From assembly GCA_038087875.1 (NCBI GenBank), contig CM075992.1, positions 7,628,001-7,692,000 on the forward strand: 64,000 nt of DNA. Reading direction: 5' to 3'. Origin of the DNA: Malacoraja senta (taxonomy: Eukaryota). Made by a program: the position numbers and the translations under genes. Positions 52,490-64,000 of the stretch are shown here, piece after piece. The notes beneath the pieces were generated by a model. It searched no databases. It was not told the DNA's origin and was given only the letters and a program-made list of their open reading frames with translations. Positions within the stretch are counted from its first letter, which is position 1. Every line of letters begins with the position of its first letter.

Positions 52490-52792
52490 TGATACACAGT
52501 GCTGGAGTAACTCAACGAGTCAGGCAGCATGTCTGGAGAAAAAGGATGGGCAACGTTTAGGGTCGGGGCCCTTCTTCCGACTGAAAGTAAGAGGTTGTTG
52601 GTTTGGAGGGGGTGGAGAGAAGAATTGTTGTGAGAAAAGACCAGGACTAATCAGGGCCGGCCACAAATGACCTCAGGTCTTGATAGGTCCATTGTTGAAC
52701 ATCCTTTTTCTCCAGAGATGCTGCCTGACCCGCTGAGTTACTCCAACATTTTGTGTCTGTCTTTGGTATAAACCAGCATCTGCAGTTCCTAC
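52490..52792. repeat. Inverted pair of Penelope-like termini
   Basis: 52493-52548 is complementary to 52700-52758. Confidence 0.75.
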
Positions 52793-53347
52793 AACCTTGT
52801 GAGATTAATTTCCTATTTCCCCAATTTCCTTCTGAAGAATGTACAGTTCCATTTCTGCATCATCATGCTGTTCTAAGTGTGAAGAAATAGATGCCAGTCC
52901 ACCCGTATGGCACTGTAAATTGAAATCTAGTTGCTGCTCCTACTCATAAGTTCTAGGAGCAGAATTAGGCCACGGTCCATCAAGTCTACTCCGCCATTCA
53001 ATCATGGCTAATCTTTCCCTCTCAACCCCATTCTCCTGCCTTCTCCCCATAAACCCTGACACCTGTACTTAATCAAGAATCTGTCAATCACTACTTCCTC
53101 ATGAACTAATTAGAAAAATACAACAAGTTTACTGGCTGGTTTGGCTATGTGGTTATTTCTTTATTACAGACCACCAGTTGGTTGCAGTGTAGTGTGAGCG
53201 ATTGCAGTTAAACACTGATAAAGGGGAACTGGTAAAAATGTTCTTTCAGTGAATGTCAGTGGTGTAATAATCAGTTACGTTAGTTTGGTGTCAGTATTTG
53301 GGAGCCAATTGTATCCACTGATCAAAAAGAATGATCATGCACGATGT

Positions 53348-53631
53348 TGTAGTGGCACCAAACGTGGTGAATAAAGGTGAGACGTCAGGCCGGTTCAGTC
53401 GTTTATTCAGGTTGGACACGTTAGGTTGGTGCGCTAACTATATTAACATTGTTGCTGTAGCTGAGCGAGGTTGTTCTCTCGGGCTCAGCTACCGGTTGAC
53501 TACTAAGGTCTCGAGGTGAGATAACCTTAAGTACCAGGACACTCCCTCTAGCCCATGACGTCACGTGCCCGCCTTCGTACCTCCTGACGAGGGTTCGACC
53601 ATAAGTGGCCCGTGTATAGGCTGACGCCACA
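53348..53631 (-). mobile_element. Solo LTR, 284 bp, Gypsy-like
   Basis: TGT..ACA termini, 4-bp TSD ATGT at 53344-53347 and 53632-53635, minus-strand AATAAA at 53402-53407, CpG-rich. Confidence 0.75.
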
Positions 53632-53775
53632 ATGTGCTTATTAATGACAGGTTTTGAAAAAAATGGCAAAAGATTTTAAATGAACCTCCAGAGTGCAGTA
53701 CAAACTGTGGATCTGGTGATTGGCATCTGATGGTCAGCATTCAAATCCAATGTTTAAGTGATCGTTTAATTCCAG

Positions 53776-53923
53776 TGAATTGGAACAAGGGAAAGTGACT
53801 GGAGCGAGGTTAGAGCCAATCCCTGAGATGGAGAATTCGCAGATGGATGTGATTGGGAGTAAACCAGATTATCAGCACATTCTGGATCAAGACCTTCTGG
53901 CGTTTCAGAGCATGGAATGCATG
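53776..53923 (+). CDS. DSN1: DSN1 exon 10 (ELEQGKVTGARLEPIPEMENSQMDVIGSKPDYQHILDQDLLAFQSMECM)
   Basis: Flanked by ttccag and gtgagt; KPDYQ.IL.Q motif as in recalled human SQNEVLNTKPDYQKILQNQ. Confidence 0.92.
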
Positions 53924-55598
53924 GTGAGTGGATGGGTTGAGGTTGAAGTTGGTGCGGAAGGGATGGGATGAAGACCAAGATTTGGAGGGGGTGGGTCGAG
54001 TGCATGAGGGTTGGTGGGAAATGGTGCAATAGCAGTGGTAGAACCAGGTGGATTGGGTGAGAGGGTTGTGGGCACAGGACTGAGGAAACCCTTACCATTA
54101 CCCTAAATCTATGTCGTCTATTTTTATGTCTCTGATGTGGGAAAATGTTTCCTGCAGTCCACTGCTCTTAATTTTATATATCGCAATCGTCCCTTTTTAA
54201 CCTCCACCTGATCCAGGGAAAACAGACCTTGCCTCTCCTCATAACTGAAACAGTCCAGCCCAGTTGAATCTCCTCTGCACATCTTTCCTCGGCTTCCAGA
54301 AGTGCATGCGGTATTGCAGCTGAGGTCTGACCAATGTTGGAGACCAAACTTGAATATTTTTTCCTTTGGTCACTGCTGGATTTGTTTACAAATACACAGG
54401 ACTAGATGTTAAAAGTCCAAAGTGCCAAATATCAATTTACTCCCGATGGGGATGGGAGCCTTCTGCACTCTGAAGGCATTGAGTAAACAGATCTCTTAAG
54501 TCAGGCGTAAGAATCAGTGTCCAACCTCTCTTCCAGCTTTCTTGCCCTTCCCCCCCCCCCCCCAAAACCGCAATCAGTATGAAGAAGGGTCCCGATCTGA
54601 GACGTCACCTATCCACATTCTCCAGAGATGCCTGACTCGCTGAGTTACTCCAGCACTGTCTTTTTTTGTAAACCAGCCTCTACAGTTCCTTATATATATA
54701 TATCTTTTGAGCCATCGTTTCCCATGTGCCAACTCCTCCTGCAGGGAGGGATGAATCTGGGAATTCTTGATAACAGGAACAAAGCTCCTCTGCCGCTTTA
54801 GAAGAGCAAAGTTTCCAGCTTCATCCTGATTTATTAGCTAGCCCTCTTATTCTTTGGATTGCAGGCGTAAAACCTTGCAGCAGAGCTTTGAGCTACCCCT
54901 TATCTCTTCATCATAGTGGCATAAGTTTCGTCCACCTTTAAGATTGCCTCTGGGCTAACACACTCTCAGCTCAGCCAATATGTGATCTCTCAAGCAATTT
55001 GTTGGCCTTGCGCCAGACTAATGTGGCAGTCATCGAATTATTGCCTGCCAGAATGGGTGGCAATGTTCGGCCCAAGGCCGGCTTAAGCACAGGACTAGTT
55101 GATACTAAGCTCGCAGAGCACGTATCTGTTTTCAGACACTGATTAACCCCATTATAAGCAACACAACTGGCTGGCATCAGAACATTCACAAATAGCCTTG
55201 AGGAACATGGCAGGGGAAGAGGCGGTGGCAGCAGAACATGGATATCTACCATTACCCCCCTGCTCATAGTTGAGTGGGGACATTTAGGATTATTTGCTGT
55301 GGGCTTTTTCAGATCTCTACATCTTGTTTTCATTTAGTAATTTAGCATTTTCATTTAGTAATTGAGTTGGTGTGTGTTGGAGAGACTCAGTTTTGTGATG
55401 TTAAATCTGAAGTTCTTATTCTGAAATACATGGTTAAATTAGGAATTATGGGGAGAAGAAAGAGAAGAAAAGCTAGATCCGCCATGATTGAATGGTAGAG
55501 TAGACTTGATGGGCCAAATGGCCCAATTCTGCTCCTTTCACTGAAGTTTCATCGGTGCTTGTGGATAACTGAAATGGATCTGAATTCTAATCTCTCAG

Positions 55599-55686
55599 GT
55601 AGACCAGCTGCAGCAAACCATGGGCCTTATTACCACAGCCAAACAGGAATGGGATTCTTCCCTGCAGTACATATCCAAAGAACTGG
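55599..55686 (+). CDS. DSN1: DSN1 exon 11 (VDQLQQTMGLITTAKQEWDSSLQYISKEL)
   Basis: Flanked by tctctcag and gtgagt; phase 0 to 1. Confidence 0.88.
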
Positions 55687-56136
55687 GTGAGTTTATCCAC
55701 TGCTCCGTGCCCTATCTATCCTCAGCACCTTCTGAAACCTCCTCTAAACACAAGCAAAGGGGCTAACCTGCTCAGTCACCAGTTCCCTTGCTTGGATCAC
55801 CAGGGTTTGAGTAAGGAAACATAATCTTCCTGGCAATGTCCAAGCACATCTTCCCTGTCCTTTAGGGAGCAATTGTACCTCCTGTGGTCAGGGTTCTGAA
55901 TACACTGATGTGTCCCAGACTGGGAGACCGTTACCAAGTGAATACATTCGCTATAGTTTCAGTATAAACCACGGTTTGGATCCTTACTCTGAGCTGTCAA
56001 GAAGAAAAGATTTATTATCAGTGTGATAAATTCTTTAGTCTGTATTCTGTTATGTGGAACCTTGCTTTCATGGTTCATGGAAACTGCTTTTCACAATCTC
56101 ATTGTTGAAGGCTTTACATGAAAGATCACCAGAGGG

Positions 56137-56406
56137 CTTTTAGACTTTAGAGATACACCGTGGAAACAAGCCCTTCAGCCCACCAAGTCTGCGCCGACCA
56201 TCATCACCACACTAACCTACACACACTAGGGACAGTTTTACAACTTACCAAAGCCAATTAACCTACAAACCTGTACGCCTTTGAAATGTGGGAGGAAACC
56301 CACGCGGTCATAGAGGATCGTACAAACTCCGTACAGACAGCACCCGTAGTCGGGATTTAACCCGGTTCTCTGGTGCTAAACAGCAGCAACTCTACCACTG
56401 TGCCGT
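56137..56406 (-). mobile_element. HE1/V-SINE-like SINE
   Basis: Reverse complement of the family. Confidence 0.8.
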
Positions 56407-56607
56407 CCTTTGCTTTCTTCAGTCCCACAGTGACGATAGGAGAGAGGGAACCAGTTATCCTTTCACTCATTCTCCAGGTTCAGACGATCTGAGCTGGAGA
56501 GCAAGCGAACTAAGAACTGACTGAGGGGGAAAAGTAAGCAGCTGATGTGTCACTGTTGTAGGCAGCTTGACCAACCTAAGGCAAATGAATTGTTCTTTTT
56601 TCTGCAG

Positions 56608-56675
56608 CGTCTCAAGCTTTTGAAGGGCTGGAAGAACATCCACTTCAGAAATTTCTAATGACCAAGAAGAAGTAA
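56608..56675 (+). CDS. DSN1: DSN1 last coding exon (ASQAFEGLEEHPLQKFLMTKKK*)
   Basis: Acceptor ttcttttttctgcag; TAA at 56673-56675; P..K.L motif as in recalled human SPARKLL. Confidence 0.88.
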
Positions 56676-58059
56676 TGGAGGACAATGATGTATCCATCAA
56701 CAGACTGAGTGGAAACCATCCCAGAGCCCAAGACTCAAGCACATGGTTGGGTTCTTTAACTTTGCTCAGAGTTTTACCTGAGATTAATGCTTTCTGCTGA
56801 CGTCAAAGGGACTAGCACTCTTTCCCCCAGATATTCCTCTGGTTAGGGCTGAGGCGAGGAATGCAGTCCCTATTTGGCACTTAGCTGCCTGGACTCTCGA
56901 TGGAGGGCACTAAAGTCACTGCAGAGCAAGGAAGCAATGGTGTGGGCCTGGATCACTGACTGCAAGTGGATAACACTGGGTGGTCTGACTGGGCTGGTGA
57001 AGAACAGTCATTGTACAATGTACAAAGGGCCTGGGAACCAACAACTTCAGAGCAGAGGCAGATCCAAGAAAGGGTTGATGCTGGTACAATGTAAAAACAT
57101 AACTGAAAGCTGAAGGATGTAAAACTCCCTTTTTAATATGGTACCATTGTTTTTTATTCAGCTTCTTGTATAATGCAGCATAAGATGCTGTTTTAGAAAT
57201 ATGAGTGGTGTGAACTTGCTGCAACCTAGGCTACTACATTACAAACTGAATGGGGGATGTCAGGGCTCTTTACTGCAAGCACTGTCAATTCGATGGCTAC
57301 TTGCGGCGCTCCTCAGTGGCCAGCATTGTATGTACCCTAAGTGCCAGGGAACTAGGAATGAATTGAGCATCTCCATACTTACCGATGAGGAATTGCTTGT
57401 AAGCAATCCCTGGCTGACGGATTCAGGTATTGAGAGGTGTGTGTATAGCATCATTTAGAGCTAACAGCACAGCACATCAACAGGAAGAGTTGATCTTTAT
57501 TGCCAGAGTGCAGACATCTTGTTCTAATTATAATTGTTTGTGTCCTGGTGACACCACATTAGGAATATTGGATAGATCAGGTCTCTCTGCCCAAGAAAGG
57601 ATATTCTTGTGATTGAGGGAATGCAGATTGGACCTTTATTCGCTGGGGTTCAGAAGAGTGAACATTTTGAAAAGTACAAAATTCTTACCAGCTGATAAAA
57701 CGACATGTTCAAGACAAGAGCTAAAGGTAATGGTTCAGAGCGGGAGGCTCCAGTGCCCCAGTGGGGAGTGTGCTGTTCTGTTTAAATTCTGCCTTGCTCC
57801 CTTCATCCTTGCCAGGACTGTCCAATCCACACTTTTAACTCAGGCGGCATCTCTGGAGAGATGTACTTTTCGAGTCACCCATTCCTTCTCTCCAGAGATG
57901 CTGCCTGCCCCGCTGAGTCACTCCAGCATTTTGTGTCTACCTTCAATTTAAACCAGCATTGGCAGGTCTTTCCTACACCACTCTTTATTTAATATTAATG
58001 CAAGAGTATTTTTAGTTCTTACATAAGTTATCGCATTGAGATTTATATCAACTTTGATT

Positions 58060-61000
58060 TGTGGCAAAAGAAACATTTTATTCTGTTTCATGTTAACCAT
58101 ACAAATAAAAACGCAATACACCTCTTCCTTAACATGTTTTTTTTCTCCAAATTGCTATTGAACTGTTAACATGGTACATACATGGTTTGAAGGAAAAGTT
58201 TGCAAAGGCATGAACCCATTCCAGTAACTGAGAAAGGACCCAGCGTGCGTGTAGTTACATCCTAAAAGTGTAAAAAGCAAGTTTAATATCTTTTAAAAAT
58301 AAAATTTAATACAATAGAATTCTATTTAAACAGATGTCTGGTTCTGGGGCCACAATTCTCATTTCAGCTTAGTCCATTTCTCCCCCCCCCCCCTTTAAAA
58401 AAAACACCACGTGGGAGGGGGTGGATATGAAAAACCATTTTTCAAGTGGAAGCAATTTATAAAATAACAGGACTGTCATATTTATGATCTCAATCGATTG
58501 CAAAAAATACCACCCATTCCCAAAGTCAGGATAAACTTGCAAAACTGAACATAGAGCACTTTTCTTGCTGGTAAGTCAGTGAAATTCCACTGAGAAAATA
58601 CCTTTTGCTAAAAATATTACCAACTCCTTCGACCTGATTGAAAAACAGACTAATGTTGACACAGTAACCCTGGTATTTATATCATTAAATGTTTTTATGC
58701 ATCTCTTTTCCCCATCCATCTGTATAAACAGAAATCACTTGTATTTCGCATTGGAAAATGATGTGTGGTCGTGGATCACAATCACAGATTGGACTTTTAC
58801 ATTGCTTCATTCTTACATTGAAATAAAATAATCAGGACTGTAGGACATTTTCGGCAGACAGGTTGGAAAGGGCACGCCACTGTTAGACATTAATATGAAA
58901 CATTGTAAACAGAGGGCATGTGCAACACACACAGTGATTGTAGTTTGATTTTTGTAGTCTTGTTTTAGTGGCAGACAGGCAAACAGCATCTTGCGGCGAG
59001 GTCTAAAGTGATCAGTGCGGATCTGGGAGTGCCAGCTGCCCCCTCCTGTGGTTGTCGGCTGTAACAACAGCTTGTCCAAATGCTATGGTGTTCGCATCAC
59101 ATCAGAAAGATTTTCATCCGATTTGTACAAACCTTCTGCGTTGAAAACTACATTGAAAACCAATAAAAAGCTCCTCTAATTTAAAAATAACACGCAGAAG
59201 ACTGTATTTTAAAGGCTTCAAAGTTTATGGGAGCGACTGGCTGTTTTTTGCTGGTCTCCCAGTAGTCCTGGATTTCCTGTTCCTTTTAATTCCTGCACTT
59301 TTGGCATCTTGCACACTGAGCTTCAGCAGTCTGTCCCTCAACTCAAATCCAAAGACTGCACAGATCACCTCGGACCAATGCACACAGTGACGCCGGCCTA
59401 AAGCTTCGTGGGACTGAATACATTCATAGCAAAACACGTAACATTCAGGGGCAGAAAGGAGTCCTGCAGCAGACAGAAAGCTCAGCTTCCACGCAATGTT
59501 CTTAAAAAGGAGATCGGGAAGCTTTCTGGGACAGAGCCCTGTTGAAACTTCAACCAGTCACTTCTTTACATTTACAGTAACTGAGTCAGCGCGCTCACAG
59601 AGTAAAAATTGCCTTTGGGATTTAGAATTTGTACAATAACATCAAATTTCAAAAGTTCAAACATCACAACCATCAAGACACAGAACGCCAGAAACAGAAG
59701 ATTAAAAAAGTTAGTAAAGCTGAACCACGTGTACTTTTAGTGTGAGCGTCTGAATGTGATGGAGATTTTTGGTACAGGCGGTGTAGATTTGGATAGATAT
59801 TAATTGCACACAGAGGCGACTACAAAAAGGGGTTGGTTTTCAGGAACGCCACAACTCCAGGCTTGCAAATAGATATTATGTTACCTTTGACGGTCTGTGC
59901 TGAAAGATTTATAAAATTCCAATGAAAAAACATAATTCCTGCAATCCTGACAGCACTTTACCTAAAGAGAACTTTTCCAACATTTCAAACAGTTATCGGT
60001 ATGGTAGACCTCTATGTCCCAATTGAATGAAATGTTTGGCTCCTGCTGTTAACTCAGATTATGGACTGTCGTGTTGGGCTTAATCATTCCAAGAAATGTC
60101 CATAGTTCTCCCGTCCCACCCCTCACTGGAAACAATTCATTGAGTTTGCCCAAAAGGTCCTAGTTGGTACCAGGGCTCCAGAAAAGCAGGTTTTTGATAA
60201 AGCATAACTAAGGAGTGGAATTACAGATTACATAAGGTCACAAGAAGTAACAAAATCCATTATTTTATTTGTCATTGTTATTCTCAGTTTTAAGAAAACA
60301 TTAATTAAAGGGCTTTGGCCATTGTTAACATTCACACTGCAGAACAGCAACAGCTGTCAGCAGGTACAATGTTACCTCACTGCATCAACACTATCACACA
60401 GGCAAGTGCAGACTAGTTTAAGTCAGTCCAGTCACCAACAGAGACCTTCCACACAGCAACTGAGGTCGTTCCTTAAATTATTTTGCACAATGATTTATTT
60501 TTACACTATAGCAGTCCATTTTGCTGAGACAGTGTCTGTACATGTTATTGAAACACCTGTTTCGAATACATTGGTGCTACTGGTTAAACATCCTTCATCC
60601 CACTGTAGCCAAGCTTGAAGATGAAATGATCCAAGGTCAGCCCTGAGAAATATCGTGTTTTCTAGCCAGATTCTGAGCTGATCTCTTAAAACTAGTACTA
60701 ATTTCTAGTCAGACACTAAGACTAACACGTCAATAGAAAAAAAAGTCAGTCTGCATTAGTTTATTAGACCAGCATGCCCTAACACAATCGCATGGTCAGT
60801 GTAGGGTTCAATGTCTGTTTGTGCAGTCACTTCAACCTATAAAAAAACCAGCTAAACACTGCTCAGTAAGAGCAGGAAACTTTGAAAAGCAGGAATAAGT
60901 TGGGCTTTACTTTCATGCATCAGACTGTTAAAATAACCTTTTCCTAACACAGCTGACTGGTGAAGCTGAGTTAAAACGAACATTGCAACACAGATTGAAG

Positions 61001-61337
61001 GGACAGATAGGTTAAAACTCACAAATGTAACATATGAGAAGGTCTAGTGTGTATTGCTGAGAGGTAGTGTGTAAGCACTGTAACCTAGACAGGAAGCATT
61101 CCTCCATTGGTTTCAAAAGGGTTTTACAGTGAGGTAATTGGGCTGCACTCAATTGTGTGAAAAATGTATAAATACCTTTTCTTGTCATACTATATTTACA
61201 TATAGGTGGCAGGGAGCTTCTACCCAGGTAAGTATCCCAAGATCCTTCTAATGATAACAGGTTGGAATCACGTTCTTCTCATCCAACAGGCCTAGTGAAT
61301 TGAAAACCAATGGGAGTAGATGACCACTGACTACTCA
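58060..61337 (-). other. PBX4: Probable PBX 3'UTR, ~3.3 kb
   Basis: Follows the PBX stop codon, no recognisable TE, U-rich on minus. Minus-strand AATAAA at 58077-58082 and 57984-57989. The 3' end is inferred. Confidence 0.6.
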
Positions 61338-61430
61338 TCAGTTGGAGGTGTCGGAGTTGACACTACCAGGTCCTCCAGTGGGAGAAGTCACAGAAGACGG
61401 GGTAGTAGCATCCTGCCAGCTGCCATTAAC
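61338..61430 (-). CDS. PBX4: Last coding exon of a PBX TALE homeobox gene ([30 protein letters not shown]), probably PBX4
   Basis: Acceptor ctttctctctcag. Near-identical to the recalled PBX1/3 C-terminus [33 protein letters not shown] and GSVN residues and linkage to MVB12A favour PBX4; family is secure, paralog is inferred. Confidence 0.85.
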   Translation of the reverse strand, partial: VNGSWQDATTPSSVTSPTGGPGSVNSDTSN

Positions 61431-62148
61431 CTGAGAGAGAAAGAGAGTAATCAAAGTCAATGTCCATCCCATTTTCCTTATCATGTATCTATACACTGTA
61501 ACTGGCTCGATTGTAATCATGTATTGTCTTTCTGCTGACTGGATAGCACGCAACACAAGCTTTTTACTGTGACAGTAAACTAAACTAGCTTCTTTTCAGA
61601 TCTACATGGAACTGGCAATAACTGAAGCCTTAAAATGGTGCCCAACTCAGTTTGAAATAAGCCTGTACCCCGCTGCAGGTCTAGACCCCATGTTACTAGG
61701 TCCATATTATGTCCTAAACACACAGATCATCTTAATAACACTCAAGAAGAATCAGAAGAAATGCTGCTGCTGATTCCTTCTCCTTGCTAAAATTTACACT
61801 CCTCAGAAGTCATCAATGTGAAGCCAACCTTCCTATGGCATCAGAGTGCTGGCAAACTAACTTCACACCGGACCTGGGATCTATCAGCACTTATTCATAA
61901 TAATGACCTGAGGAGAGGAAAATAAAGTTATATGAGAAACAAAAGCCCACAAATGTGACAGAATGAATTCACACTTAGTCTGTATAAGGAACACAATCCT
62001 CCAACACAGCCTTGCAGGTGGCCAGTATTCCTCATGGTTTGTTTAATATTTTGCTGTCTAATGGCTGTAAGATGAAGATCTTTTGAAGAATCATGCTGGT
62101 AAGAAACCACAAGAGCAGTGTTTGAACCGGAGGGGAAACATTTTCACT

Positions 62149-62418
62149 CAGAATGGTAGGTATATGGAAAGCTGCCAGAGGGGGTAGTTGAGCCAGAATG
62201 GTAGGTATATGGAAAGCTGCCAGAGGGGGTAGTTGAGCCAGAATGGTAGGTATATGGAAAGCTGCCAGAGGGTAGTTGAGCCAGAATGGTAGGTATATGG
62301 AAAGCTGCCAGAGGGGGTAGTTGAGCCAGAATGGTAGGTATATGGAAAGCTGCCAGAGGGGGTAGTTGAGCCAGAATGGTAGGTATATGGAAAGCTGCCA
62401 GAGGGTAGTTGAGCCAGA
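62149..62418 (+). repeat. Minisatellite of six 43-45 bp units inside a CR1 3' fragment
   Basis: Unit cagaatggtaggtatatggaaagctgccagag(gg)ggtagttgagc; lengths 45,45,43,45,45,43. Confidence 0.95.
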
Positions 62419-63464
62419 TACTATAACAACATTTAAAATACATGTGGACAGATACATGGGTTTAGAGGGATATGGGGCATCTTGGTTGGCATGGGCAAGT
62501 TGGGCCAAAGAGGCCCATTTCCATGCCGTGTGACTCTACGACAATGACTTGGTCACATGGACATTGAATATGTCGCCTATCCTCGCATATACCCTAGTTA
62601 AAGAATCAGCAATTGTATGGTGCAATACACAAGGTGCTGGAGTAAATGAGAGAGAATGGAGATGACAGAAAGATATGAGAGAGTCTGGGAGAATGTGGGG
62701 TTGGAGAGAGGATGGGATTGCAAAGCACCAGGAAAGAGGTGGGAAGAGAATAAAAGGAAGTGGAGAGTGGATTGGAGAAGAGGTGGGAGAGAGGAGTGTG
62801 GAAATGAAGAGTGGATGAGAGAAGAGGTGGGAGGGTACACAAGGGAGAAGGTGGGGCAGAAAGAGCGAGAGAAAAATGTGGGTGAGGATTGAAAAGGTTG
62901 GGAGAAAGGAAGGTGCTGGGGCAGAAGGGACAGGAAAAAAGGGGAGGAAAAATAAATATGGAAGAGAGTAAAGTAGGGAGGGAGGGAGAGGTGTGGAATG
63001 GGAGTGGGAGGAAGACTGGGAGGGGAATAGGAGAGGAAGAGTGTGAACTCAGGAGGAAGCTCCTTTCAGCATGTTAAACTTGATTTCTGTTCATCAAATG
63101 GTCAAACATTTATGCATTCATATTTGATATCCTATTTTGAACTATAATATTTCAAGATTTGCTCTTTGATTCATAAATTCCGAATGGTTTAAGCAATCCT
63201 TAAGATTCTGAAAGCTGTACACAAGGGGGGCTCAGAGGAACTAATGTGTTCATTCAGGTCAGGGTTTGCTGCTGAGGAATTGTATAATAACTCAATTTCT
63301 TTGACAAATGCTGTCTTTTCTCATTAGATGAATTAGTTACAAGCTCCACAGGATATTTCAATAGTAAGTTCAGCGTAGTAGGAATCAGACCTGCTGTCTA
63401 ATTGGAAGGATGTTTACAGTGTGGACGGAAAGACTACATTCATAACATTAATTCTAGAGTGCTA

Positions 63465-64000
63465 TGTTCATAAGGTCATATGTTATAGAAGCAGAATTGG
63501 GCCATTCGGCCCATCAAGCCTACTCCGCCACACAAACATGGCTGATCTATCTTTCTCTCTCAACCCCATTTACCATAATCCCTGACACCCTTACTAATCA
63601 AGAATCTATCTATCTCCGCTTTAAAAATATCCATTGATGGCCTCCACTGCCGTCTGTGGCAATGAATTCCACAGATTCACCACCCTCTGACTAAAGAAAT
63701 TCCTCCTCATCTCCTTTCTAAAGGTACATCCTTTTATTCTGAGGCTATGACCTCTGGTACTAGACACTCCTACTAGTGGAAACATCCTCTCCACATCTAC
63801 TCTATCCAGGCCTTTCACTATTCGGTAAGTTTTAATAAGGTCCTCCCTCATCCTTCTAAACTCCACCGAGTATGTTAACGCAATCATTCCTGGGATCATT
63901 CTCCTAAACCGCCTCTGGACCCTCTCCAACACCAGCACATCCTTCCTCAGATATGGGGCCCAAAACTGCTAACAATAGTCCAAATGTGGTTTGACCAGTG
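63465..64000 (-). mobile_element. CR1 3' fragment running off the window edge
   Basis: ORF 63621-63938 (LERVQRRF..TRGHSLRIKG..RRNFFSQRVVNLWNSLP). Confidence 0.85.

Noticed and set aside
53170..53231. 62-nt exon that might repair the DSN1 exon 9 phase
   Set aside because: Contains an in-frame TAA in the required frame and does not fix the 5' junction.
62032..62508. Repetitive ORFs or CRISPR-like array
   Set aside because: Spacer-less minisatellite of CR1 origin.
62640..63060. Purine-rich ORFs
   Set aside because: Low-complexity GA-rich tract, similar to those next to degraded Penelope-like fragments.

Overview
Eukaryotic, repeat-rich DNA, most likely from a cartilaginous fish such as a skate or ray (inferred from HE1/V-SINE-like and Deu-SINE repeats with CR1, Rex1/Babar, L1 and Penelope-like fragments). 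I reconstructed three spliced genes by hand. (1) MVB12A on the minus strand: three coding exons at 6933-2893, continuing beyond the left edge, plus probable 5'UTR exons up to about 23.8 kb. (2) DSN1 on the plus strand: 12 exons, ATG at 24063, stop at 56675, sharing a bidirectional CpG-island promoter with MVB12A. One DSN1 exon is out of phase at both ends as assembled. (3) The last exon and ~3.3 kb repeat-free 3'UTR of a PBX gene, probably PBX4, on the minus strand and convergent with DSN1. The most unusual signal is a family of Penelope-derived terminal sequences carrying minimal type I hammerhead ribozyme cores. Some are short TSD-flanked insertions that start at the ribozyme, and many are arranged as intronic inverted repeats. 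Also present: Harbinger-like MITEs, a solo LTR, a Helitron-like element and a higher-order minisatellite. Gene and family names come from recalled protein and consensus motifs, not database searches. TE boundaries are approximate.
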